A stretch of 64,000 nucleotides of DNA from Gammaproteobacteria bacterium (GTDB lineage: Bacteria; Pseudomonadota; Gammaproteobacteria; CAJXQU01): contig CBDEGZ010000003.1 of assembly GCA_965238175.1 (NCBI GenBank), forward strand, positions 2,560,001-2,624,000. The letters are read 5' to 3'. A program made the translations under genes and the position numbers. Below, piece by piece: positions 30,937-39,522 of the stretch; the first letter of the stretch is position 1; every line of letters begins with the position of its first letter. The notes below the pieces were generated by a model that did no database searches, was not told where the DNA came from, and worked only from the letters and a program-made list of their open reading frames with translations.

Positions 30937-32610
30937 ATGTTGATCAAATTATCCGGTGGCAAAGTTTATGATCCCATAAACAGTGTCAACGGCCAGATAA
31001 AAGATATTTTCATTCGGGATGGCCGCATTGTCGGTAAACCTAGCAGCGATGAAACCATTGATGAAACCTACGATGTTCGAGGCCGAGTGGTCATGGCAGG
31101 TGGGATCGACCCACACACACATATTGGTGGCGGAAAAGTAAATATCGCCCGAATGATGTTGCCAGAAGATCATGAACAAGACTTAGTTAAACATACACCG
31201 CTTACCCGTGCAGGTTGTGGCCATGCCGCCCCGTCTACGTTAACAGCGGGTTATCGCTATGTAGAAATGGGTTATACCGCAGGTTTTGAGCCTGCCATGC
31301 TACAAGCAAATGCCCGACAAGCACATATGGAAATGGCCGATACCCCCATTATTGATAAGGGTGCTTATGTCATGCTCGGTAACGATGACATGTTCATGCG
31401 CATGATGGCCGAAGGTGTCGAACAAGAAGTCATGAACAATTATGTGGGTTGGACGATTTCCAACTTCCAAGCCATGGCCGTTAAAGTGGTTAATCCTGGT
31501 GGCATCAGTGCTTTCAAATTCAACCAACGACAACTCGATCTAGATGAACAACATACTCATTATCAAATCACTCCACGTGAAGTCCTAAAAACCCTGTCAC
31601 GATCATTAGTTGATCTAAAAGTACCACATCCATTACATGTTCATGGTTGTAACCTGGGTGTTCCGGGCAATGTTGAAACTACCTTGGAAACCATTCGCGG
31701 CATGGATGGTTTACCGATGCACATGACTCATATTCAGTTTCACAGTTTTGCCACTGAAGGCGATAAAAATTTCTCCTCTGGTGCGGCTCGCATTGCAGAA
31801 ATGGTTAACCAGCACAAAAACATCTCCATCGACGTTGGGCAGATTATGTTCAACCAGACGGTTACAGCCTCTGGTGATTCTATGCGTCAATACGCCGGGC
31901 ATTCACATGGTAGCCCGAAAAAGTTTGTCGTCATGGATATCGAATGTGATAACGGTTGTGGTGTTGTTCCTTTTAAATATTCTGATAAAAGTTTCGTTAA
32001 CGCGCTGCAATGGGCAATCGGTTTAGAAACCTTCCTGATGGTTGATGATCCATGGCGTGTATTCTTAACCACCGATCATCCAAATGGCGCACCATTTACC
32101 TCCTATCCACATTTGATCAGATTGCTAATGGATCGATCATTTCGAAATGACATGTTGCATACGATCAATAAAGAAGCTGCTGACATGACCGTATTAGGTT
32201 CGATTGATCGTGAATATTCTCTCTACGAAATCGCCATCATGACACGTGCGGCACCAGCAAAAAGTCTTGGCTTAACAGATCGTGGACAACTCGGCGCAGG
32301 AGCAGCAGCAGATATTACTGTCTATAAAGAAATGGACAACAAAGAGAAAATGTTCGAGAAACCGGAATACGTTTTCAAAGATGGTGAGCTGGTGGCGCAG
32401 AACGGCAAAATTGTCAAAGTCACCAATGGTACAACACATACCATCAAACCAGATTATGACAAGAGTATTGAGAAATCACTTGATGAATTCTTTAGAAAAT
32501 ACCATACCGTCGCACTTGAAAATATCGTCGTCTCCGAAGATGAAATTATTGATGAAGGTCGAGGCAGTGTAAGTACCCATATCTGTAATCGGGAGGGAAC
32601 AGCAGCATGA
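30937..32610 (+). CDS. fhcA: Formyltransferase/hydrolase complex subunit A
   Basis: GGID.HTHI.GG, KVVNPGG, LHVHGCNLG.PGN, THIQFHS, TTDHPNG. Confidence 0.95.
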   Translation: MLIKLSGGKVYDPINSVNGQIKDIFIRDGRIVGKPSSDETIDETYDVRGRVVMAGGIDPHTHIGGGKVNIARMMLPEDHEQDLVKHTPLTRAGCGHAAPSTLTAGYRYVEMGYTAGFEPAMLQANARQAHMEMADTPIIDKGAYVMLGNDDMFMRMMAEGVEQEVMNNYVGWTISNFQAMAVKVVNPGGISAFKFNQRQLDLDEQHTHYQITPREVLKTLSRSLVDLKVPHPLHVHGCNLGVPGNVETTLETIRGMDGLPMHMTHIQFHSFATEGDKNFSSGAARIAEMVNQHKNISIDVGQIMFNQTVTASGDSMRQYAGHSHGSPKKFVVMDIECDNGCGVVPFKYSDKSFVNALQWAIGLETFLMVDDPWRVFLTTDHPNGAPFTSYPHLIRLLMDRSFRNDMLHTINKEAADMTVLGSIDREYSLYEIAIMTRAAPAKSLGLTDRGQLGAGAAADITVYKEMDNKEKMFEKPEYVFKDGELVAQNGKIVKVTNGTTHTIKPDYDKSIEKSLDEFFRKYHTVALENIVVSEDEIIDEGRGSVSTHICNREGTAA

Positions 32611-33503
32611 AGATTAACGGTGTAGCTATCGATAATACTTTCGCTGAAGCCTTTCCAATGAAGGCAACACGGATCATCATCACGGCAATCAATCGTAAGT
32701 GGGCATATCACTCAGCGATAGCCATGACCGGTTTTGCGACCTCGGTTATTGCTTGTGGTTGCGAATCATCTATCGAAAAAGAATTAGAACCGCACGAAAC
32801 GCCTGATGGTCGTCCTGGGATCTCTGTCCTACTTTTCACCATGAGTGAAAAAGAAATGATCAAACAGATCCAGAACCGCGTTGGCCAATGTGTTTTAACG
32901 TCTCCAACCAGTGCTTGTTTCAGTGGCAATCATGAAGGTAAAAAAATCGCATTAGGACAAAGCCTCAGATACTTCGGTGATGGTTTTCAAATCTCAAAAA
33001 AAATTGATGGCGTTCGTTATTGGCGTGTACCAGCGATGGATGGCGAATTTCTGGTGGCAGAAAGTACACATATGACCAAAGCCATTGGTGGTGGCAACTT
33101 TTTAGTCCTGGCTGAAAATCAGAAAGCTGCTCTAACCGCCTGTGAAAAAGCCATCAAAGCGATGAAAAAAATCCCTGATGTAATCATGCCGTTTCCGGGT
33201 GGCGTTGTTCGCTCAGGATCAAAAGTAGGATCAAAATATCCATCGCTCCCAGCTTCAACCAATGACGCTTTTTGCCCAACATTAAAAGGCCAGGTTAAAT
33301 CCGAATTGGACAGCGACATCGGTTCAGTCATGGAGATCGTTATCGATGGCCTGTCACAAGAAGCCATTAGTGACGCGACGCGAGTTGGCGTTTTAGCCGC
33401 TTGTTCTATGGGCAGTAAAAAAGGCATCAAACGCATCAGCGCTGGCAACTACGGCGGCAGCCTTGGCCCTTACCATTTCCATCTTAGAAAAATTTTAAAG
33501 TGA
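32607..33503 (+). CDS. fhcD: Formylmethanofuran:H4MPT formyltransferase
   Basis: TFAEAF, TPDGRPG, RVGQCVLT, PFPGGVVRSGSKVGSKY, SAGNYGG. Confidence 0.95.
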   Translation: MKINGVAIDNTFAEAFPMKATRIIITAINRKWAYHSAIAMTGFATSVIACGCESSIEKELEPHETPDGRPGISVLLFTMSEKEMIKQIQNRVGQCVLTSPTSACFSGNHEGKKIALGQSLRYFGDGFQISKKIDGVRYWRVPAMDGEFLVAESTHMTKAIGGGNFLVLAENQKAALTACEKAIKAMKKIPDVIMPFPGGVVRSGSKVGSKYPSLPASTNDAFCPTLKGQVKSELDSDIGSVMEIVIDGLSQEAISDATRVGVLAACSMGSKKGIKRISAGNYGGSLGPYHFHLRKILK

Positions 33504-33515
33504 GTCGTCAATAGA

Positions 33516-34334
33516 ATGAGCAAACCGTTAACTTTCACACTAAAAGAAAAACTCACTCATCGACTCGATCTCTCTGATCTGATCCCAAACGAGCTTGGAA
33601 ACAAATCACTCGCGAAGATCAAAAAGATTAAGATCTACGTCGGTAAAAAAAGAATTGATGTCGAAAAAATTTTTGATCTTGATGGAACGGATACACAAAA
33701 TATTATCTTCAAAAAAGCCAATGATCTTTTTGATAGCGTGGGTCGAAACATGACACAAGGCTCTATCGAAGTTCGAGGTTCAGTTGGAGATCGTCTAGGC
33801 CAAGATATGAACGGCGGAACCATACTCGTCAAAGGCAATGCTGATGATTGGGTCGGCACCGGCATGCGCAAAGGCAATATCACCATTCAAAAAAATGCCC
33901 GAAAATTTCTAGGTGGCGCCCTGCCCGGCCAGTCTCATGGGCTACGTGGTGGCCAAATTCACGTGTGTGGTGATGTCGCTGATAGAGCAGGCGACAAAAT
34001 GCGCCGTGGTATGATCGTCATCGAAGGTAATACTGGTGATTACGCCGGATCAAAAATGATCGCAGGAACGATTATGATCTGTGGTCAAACAGGCAAGAAC
34101 GTCGGCTTCGCAATGAAACGCGGTACGATCATACTTAATGCTGTACCGGAAGGTATTCCCGCCACGTTCAACGACTGTGGCACATTTGAACTTGCTTTCC
34201 TTAAGCTAATTTTTAATTCACTGGCGAATTCAAGCCGTCGCTTGAAAGAACTAAAAACCTACTCTTCCTGGGCAACTCGCTATGCTGGTGATTTAGGGAT
34301 TGATGGTAAGGGTGAATTGTTGATTCTGGAATAA
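33516..34334 (+). CDS. fhcC: Formyltransferase/hydrolase complex subunit C
   Basis: GltB/FmdC beta-helix repeats (M.GG.I.V.G), ends GDL...GKGELL. Confidence 0.95.
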   Translation: MSKPLTFTLKEKLTHRLDLSDLIPNELGNKSLAKIKKIKIYVGKKRIDVEKIFDLDGTDTQNIIFKKANDLFDSVGRNMTQGSIEVRGSVGDRLGQDMNGGTILVKGNADDWVGTGMRKGNITIQKNARKFLGGALPGQSHGLRGGQIHVCGDVADRAGDKMRRGMIVIEGNTGDYAGSKMIAGTIMICGQTGKNVGFAMKRGTIILNAVPEGIPATFNDCGTFELAFLKLIFNSLANSSRRLKELKTYSSWATRYAGDLGIDGKGELLILE

Positions 34335-34402
34335 AACTTAATAGTTTATATGGTGTAATTCGATCATTAATTTATTGAGGCATAACTCTAGTTAGGCAAT
34401 CC

Positions 34403-34648
34403 ATGAATCAAAACGCATACAATATATATAACGTATTGGATAAGGTCAGAAAAAGACCAGGGATGTATATTGGTGAAGAAACGCTAGAGAATATGAGTGC
34501 ATATTTAGCAGGCTACCAAACGGCGATGAGGGATCTCGAAATAAAAGATATCGCCGAGCCAAAGTTCTATGTGCTCATGCAGAAAAAGAATAATACTGTG
34601 ATCAAAAACTATGTGAATCTCGAAGTTATAGAAATCTTATTCATGTGA
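34403..34648 (+). CDS. Small hypothetical protein (RPGMY-type), possibly truncated
   Basis: ORF LDKVRKRPGMYIGE...YLAGY; followed by ORF-poor, AT-rich sequence. Confidence 0.45.
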   Translation: MNQNAYNIYNVLDKVRKRPGMYIGEETLENMSAYLAGYQTAMRDLEIKDIAEPKFYVLMQKKNNTVIKNYVNLEVIEILFM

Positions 34649-34954
34649 GTTTACTTTCCTTATTTATACTAAAGATGTAGCACCTTTCATGCAAATATAA
34701 GTATCATGCTTTTCATTTTGCATGTAGCACCACTGTGTACAAGATCAATTAAGCGCTTGGCTAGAAGAAATCTCTAAAATAACCAAATTCAATGAACTAA
34801 CATTTCTTTTTGCTCAAACCTACCAGACCAACCCATTAATTTACTTTATTTTCAATTAGTTATGATTTATATCGAATAATTCAAGTTTCTCCCAAGCTTG
34901 AATGTGTCGCCTTGAGACGACAAAAATGCTCTTTAATATCGATAGAATAAAAAA

Positions 34955-35003
34955 TTGACTTAACGTAAGCCGACATTCAATGATGCCTGATTACGCTAGC
35001 TAA
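34955..35003. repeat. Degenerate REP-like doublet
   Basis: cgtaagccgaca...tgcctgattacgctagctaa; shares ctgattacgcta with the element at 36988. Confidence 0.4.
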
Positions 35004-35069
35004 AAGTTAACTTACTATTTCTGAATCTATCTTAAATTGAGTGAATAACAAGAGATTCTAAATACACCA

Positions 35070-36674
35070 CTATATGGTCTTCCATTCACCATCTTCATCT
35101 GTATTTTGTACGTCTCTTAATTCAGTAATAAACTCGTCAGCGAAGCCCGTACCAACTTCGGTATAAAAATTAAATACCTTATCGATCCCCAATTCGACAA
35201 GCTGCTCACGTTCATCTTCGTAGCGAACGACAGCTGCAATCTGCCCCTGGTAATTCGCATTCCTTAATTGCGTTGTTATATTACTGATATCCTCAATAGA
35301 GGCGATGGTGATTAGAACCAATTTGATCGCAGATACGTCAATACTTTCCCATAAATCATGGTCTTCGCCATCACCATAAAAAACATGCTGACCTTTATCT
35401 GTTAATTTTTTTATTTTTTCTTGATCGGCATCCATCCCCCAAGCTCTATCTCCAATCAGTTTATACAATTCCTGAAATGCACCCTGCCCGACACGACCCA
35501 AACCGATAACCATGACCTCAGCATTTTCTGGTTGTACAAAAACATCTTCCTTAAGCAATTTTTTCCGCTCGAAACGTTTAATGATATTTTTATATTTTGA
35601 ATAGATGTTATGTGCAGAGTGATACAGTACGCTGGTAAAAATAAACGAGATTGAAACGGCTAGCGCCAGGATTACCAACCATTCATTACTTATCCAACCT
35701 GCTTCTGTACTAATGGCCAGAACGATAAGACCAAACTCACTAAAATTACTAAGTGCTAATGCGGACAGATAGGCGCTTCGTCCTCGAACACGTAAACCTG
35801 TGAAGATAAAAAAGAATAGAAAAAATTTCAGAATAAGCAGCAAACTTAATCCTAATGCCATCAACAGCATCGAAAAATCAGGTAACGCGACAAAACCAAT
35901 CGAGAGAAAAAAGCCGATCAAAAAGATATCTTTAAACGCTAATAATGATTTTGAAAGTTCACTCGCTTTATGATGTTGACTGATCAACATACCAAAGATT
36001 AATGTGCCTAGATCACCTTTTATCCCTACAAGAGAAAATAATTCATAAGCGCCAAGCGCGATAAAAAAACCTGTTAGGGGTAGTAATTCACCATGCCCGG
36101 CCTTGCTTAATACTAAGCCGATCAAAGGACGAGTAAACGGTAATCCAAATAATAGCAGTGCCCAAATGGTTGGCGTCTTTCCCGTCGCAAACACCAGAAA
36201 TACCACCGCAATAATGTCCTGCATAACGAGTACGGCAATAGACAATCTACCGTGGCGAGTTTTCATTTCGCCGCTTTCTTCGAGCATTTTTACGATACAA
36301 ACGGTACTACTGAAACTCAAAGCAAAACCAAGCAACGCTGCGGATTGCAGGTTAAGACCAAGAAAATAAGGCACTGATATAGTCACTAGCAACATGGCTA
36401 ATGAGACAAATAGCACTGTCAAGATCAACATATTGGACGCAGTGCCGGCCCAAACTTCTCGCTTGAGTAGGTCTCTGGCATTGAGCTTAAGGCCGATGGT
36501 AAACAGCATCAAAGTGATACCAAGATCAGCGAGAGTATTGAGACTCTCGTCAGGTTCAACACCCATAAAGTTGAGAAGAAATCCCGCAAACAGAAACCCG
36601 ATCAGCGGTGGTAAGGCCAGGAGCTTTACGCAAAAACCACAAATAAAGGCAAATAATATCCAGATAAAATCCAT
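35070..36674 (-). CDS. CPA2 cation:proton antiporter with TrkA-N/KTN domain (KefB/KefC-like)
   Basis: LPPLIGFL, LF.IGL.L, SFSST, QDIIAV, SEFGLI, GLGRVG. Confidence 0.9.
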   Translation of the reverse strand: MDFIWILFAFICGFCVKLLALPPLIGFLFAGFLLNFMGVEPDESLNTLADLGITLMLFTIGLKLNARDLLKREVWAGTASNMLILTVLFVSLAMLLVTISVPYFLGLNLQSAALLGFALSFSSTVCIVKMLEESGEMKTRHGRLSIAVLVMQDIIAVVFLVFATGKTPTIWALLLFGLPFTRPLIGLVLSKAGHGELLPLTGFFIALGAYELFSLVGIKGDLGTLIFGMLISQHHKASELSKSLLAFKDIFLIGFFLSIGFVALPDFSMLLMALGLSLLLILKFFLFFFIFTGLRVRGRSAYLSALALSNFSEFGLIVLAISTEAGWISNEWLVILALAVSISFIFTSVLYHSAHNIYSKYKNIIKRFERKKLLKEDVFVQPENAEVMVIGLGRVGQGAFQELYKLIGDRAWGMDADQEKIKKLTDKGQHVFYGDGEDHDLWESIDVSAIKLVLITIASIEDISNITTQLRNANYQGQIAAVVRYEDEREQLVELGIDKVFNFYTEVGTGFADEFITELRDVQNTDEDGEWKTI

Positions 36675-36942
36675 AATGATTTTTGTGTAATATAAGTTAT
36701 TCAAACAAACGTTTGCAAACTTTTTTCATAGCAACTTTTTGTTGCTGCTATGTAAACAAAACCCACTGTTAGTTATTCACGTTTTGATCTAACTATTTGT
36801 TTATCGGCAAAAATATTTGACACTAAAGCTTTAGAAATCCTGCCACTTAAATAACTAACCTTGTAATACTCAAAATAAAAGAAGTCGGTAGATGTGGGTA
36901 TTAATTAAAATTATTGAATTAGTTAGCTTAGGCTAAGTAGTA

Positions 36943-36970
36943 TATACCCGTTCCACCTGGAGCGGGTATA
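36943..36970. repeat. Hairpin-forming inverted repeat
   Basis: tatacccgttcca-cc-tggagcgggtata. Confidence 0.5.
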
Positions 36971-36987
36971 AACCCTCATTCGATTAG

Positions 36988-37018
36988 TGTCTGATTACGC
37001 TATGCTAATCAGACCTAC
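36988..37018 (-). repeat. GTAG-type REP element
   Basis: Minus strand reads GTAG-GTCTGATTA-gcatagcg-TAATCAGAC, a GTAG tetranucleotide followed by a 9-bp palindromic stem. Confidence 0.65.
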
Positions 37019-37026
37019 AAAACTGT

Positions 37027-37356
37027 GTGGTATGATCACCATCGAAGGTAATACTGGTGGTTATGTCGGATCAAAAATGATCTCAGGAACCATTATGATC
37101 TGTGGTCAAACTGGCGAAAATGTTGGCTTCGCAATGAAACGCGACACGATCATACTTAATGATATACTGGAAGGTATTCCCGCCACGTTCAACAACTGCG
37201 GCACATTTGAACTTGCTTCCTTAAGCTGATCTTTAATTCATTGGTTAATTCAAACCGTCGCTTGAAAGACTTGAAGACCTACTCATCTTGGGCGACTCGC
37301 TATGCAGGTGATTTGGGGATTGGTGGTAAGGGTGAATTACTGATCCTGGCATAAAA
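37027..37356 (+). pseudogene. fhcC: Diverged duplicate of the fhcC 3' end
   Basis: Aligns with 34006-34336 at roughly 88% (about 40 differences, counted by hand), including a 1-nt frameshifting deletion near 37217. Confidence 0.92.
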
Positions 37357-37484
37357 GCTTTTGTTATTTGATCTAAGATCAGTTTTATTTCTTGTTAGTT
37401 AGACGCGTACAGTAGCTAGCACAAAACAAGACCATTATTCGTGTAACCGTCCATACCGGCTAGCATAAGTTATCGTGTCCCATC

Positions 37485-37554
37485 ATTATAACCATTGCTG
37501 TTCATCCGTCTCATCTATTGTTGGTGATATCCCTGCATACTTTCTAATTGTCAT
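37485..37554 (-). pseudogene. Remnant of the 5' end of a gamma-carbonic-anhydrase-family (YrdA-like) gene
   Basis: ATG 37554 gives MTIRKYAGISPTIDET, then a frameshifted DE-AMVI; resembles the YrdA N-terminus. Confidence 0.45.
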
Positions 37555-37620
37555 TTTATGAGCTTTAATGTATTGAACAAAAATAAATTTTTACTGTCGT
37601 AGTCCTTTTGTGTAAAAAAG

Positions 37621-38244
37621 GTGAAAAACATGTACATTTCAATACCTCGACAAATGTTCCGAGCGTTGTTCTACCGCCTACATCTATCTATGACGGTCAA
37701 AAGACTGTCCATTAATTTATTGATCATTGCTATTTGTACCGTGGTAATATTAAAGCCTTCTATTGCCGATACCTTAAGCAAACCTTTCCCTGCAGCTGAA
37801 TTTCATCATAGCCAAGCAAAAGATTGGATCAATTCAGAACCCTTAACACTGGATGACCTGAAAGGTAAAGTTGTGCTATTAGACTTTTGGACTTTCGGTT
37901 GTTGGAACTGTTATAACTCTTTCCCGTGGTTGAATAATTTAGAAAAACGACTTGAAGCAAAAGGTCTGCAAGTTATCGGTGTACATACACCTGAGTCTGC
38001 TCATGAAAAAAATAGAAGTAATATCGAAGCTAAGGCAACGGAATTTAAATTACACCATCCAATTATGATCGATAACGATTTTACCTACTGGCGTGCTATG
38101 AATAATAAGTATTGGCCGGCGTATTATCTCATCGATAAAAAAGGCCAAGTCCGTTCGGTCTTCTTTGGCGAAACCCATGAAGGCGACCAACAAGCCATCC
38201 GTATTGAAAAACTGATAAACGAACTATTAGAAGAGTCTGCGTAA
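37621..38244 (+). CDS. Exported redoxin/TlpA-DipZ-like thioredoxin-fold protein
   Basis: WINSEPL...L.GKVVL.DFWTFGCWNC, IGVHTPE, WPAYYLID; true start may be ATG 37690. Confidence 0.85.
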   Translation: MKNMYISIPRQMFRALFYRLHLSMTVKRLSINLLIIAICTVVILKPSIADTLSKPFPAAEFHHSQAKDWINSEPLTLDDLKGKVVLLDFWTFGCWNCYNSFPWLNNLEKRLEAKGLQVIGVHTPESAHEKNRSNIEAKATEFKLHHPIMIDNDFTYWRAMNNKYWPAYYLIDKKGQVRSVFFGETHEGDQQAIRIEKLINELLEESA

Positions 38245-38270
38245 ACTCTTTTTATTTTTAAGACATCTCA

Positions 38271-39389
38271 ATGACTATTTTTATAATTTTATTCATTACT
38301 ACTTGCTTCCTGGCTTATGCCAACGGTGCTAACGATAACTTCAAAGGCGTAGCCACATTATTTGGTAGTGGTACAACTAGTTATCGCCAAGCAATCGGTT
38401 GGGCAACCATTACTACCTTTGCCGGTTCTGTTTGCTCTATCTTCCTCGCAGAAAAATTATTGAAGAATTTTACCGGTAAAGGCTTAGTGCCCATTGAAAT
38501 AACTGCATCACCTGAGTTTTTAGCTGCTGTTGCCTTGGGTGCAGGGTTAACTGTTTTATTAACCGCATTGCGCGGTTTACCCATTTCAACAACTCATAGT
38601 TTAGTCGGTGGTCTGATCGGTAGTGGTTTTATGGCGGTAGGTTCCCAGGTTAACTTTAACTTCCTCGGCAAAACTTTTTTTATTCCTTTATTAATCAGCC
38701 CTCTTATTGCGGTATGTCTCGCCTTTGTTGTTTATTGGTTTTTTCGTTCTGTTAGAAATTATTTTGGTATCAACAAAGAATGGTGTGCTTGCATTGGTGA
38801 AACAAATGAGTTTGTTCCGGTCACCGCGATACCTTCTGAACAAGCTATAAAATTTCATCAAACAATTGATGCCAATATCAACACCGAATCAAATTGCCAA
38901 CTGCATTACACCGGTAATGTTCTCGGCATTAATCTACAAAAATTATTAGATATAGGTCATTACATCAGTGCTGGTATGGTTAGCTTTGCACGTGGTTTAA
39001 ACGACACACCCAAGATCGTTGCTCTATTGTTAGCCATACAAGGATTGTCGATCAAGTTAAGCATGATTGCCGTTGCAGTAGGTATGGCAATAGGTGGTTT
39101 GTTAAATGCAAAATACATCGCAAAAACCATGGGAAAAAAGATTACACCTATGAGCCACAGTCAAGGCTTTGCTGCCAATCTGGTGACAGGTTTTATGGTG
39201 ATCTTTGCCAGTCGCATTGGTGTGCCTGTATCAACGACTCATGTATCAGTTGGTTCTCTGTTTGGTATCGGCTTAATAACGGGCAGAACGGACAAACGTG
39301 TTGTTTCTAAAATTCTATTGTCCTGGGTTTTAACTTTACCCGTTGCTGCATTATTGAGTGGGATATCTTATTGGCTGCTTAGCTTTTGA
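38271..39389 (+). CDS. PiT-family anion transporter (phosphate/sulfate permease)
   Basis: GANDNFKG, PISTTH, GLNDTPK, PVSTTH signature motifs. Confidence 0.9.
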   Translation: MTIFIILFITTCFLAYANGANDNFKGVATLFGSGTTSYRQAIGWATITTFAGSVCSIFLAEKLLKNFTGKGLVPIEITASPEFLAAVALGAGLTVLLTALRGLPISTTHSLVGGLIGSGFMAVGSQVNFNFLGKTFFIPLLISPLIAVCLAFVVYWFFRSVRNYFGINKEWCACIGETNEFVPVTAIPSEQAIKFHQTIDANINTESNCQLHYTGNVLGINLQKLLDIGHYISAGMVSFARGLNDTPKIVALLLAIQGLSIKLSMIAVAVGMAIGGLLNAKYIAKTMGKKITPMSHSQGFAANLVTGFMVIFASRIGVPVSTTHVSVGSLFGIGLITGRTDKRVVSKILLSWVLTLPVAALLSGISYWLLSF

Positions 39390-39522
39390 TATTATTTTTT
39401 AAGCATAAATATATTCTTGGTATTAAATACTTTTTAGACTCCTCATAACTTTGAATAAAAATCACATTTAGTAAATGTGGCTGATTATTCTAGAATATCT
39501 TTAGCCGCTCTAGCCATGTTAT

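Noticed and set aside
34445-34480. VRKRPGMYIG is identical to the GyrB/ParE N-terminal motif
   Set aside because: The flanking residues do not follow GyrB (no GLHHL..E..DN.. segment); better explained as an unrelated small RPGMY-type protein
36987-37229. 80-aa ORF as an independent gene
   Set aside because: It is a REP sequence fused to the frameshifted fhcC duplicate
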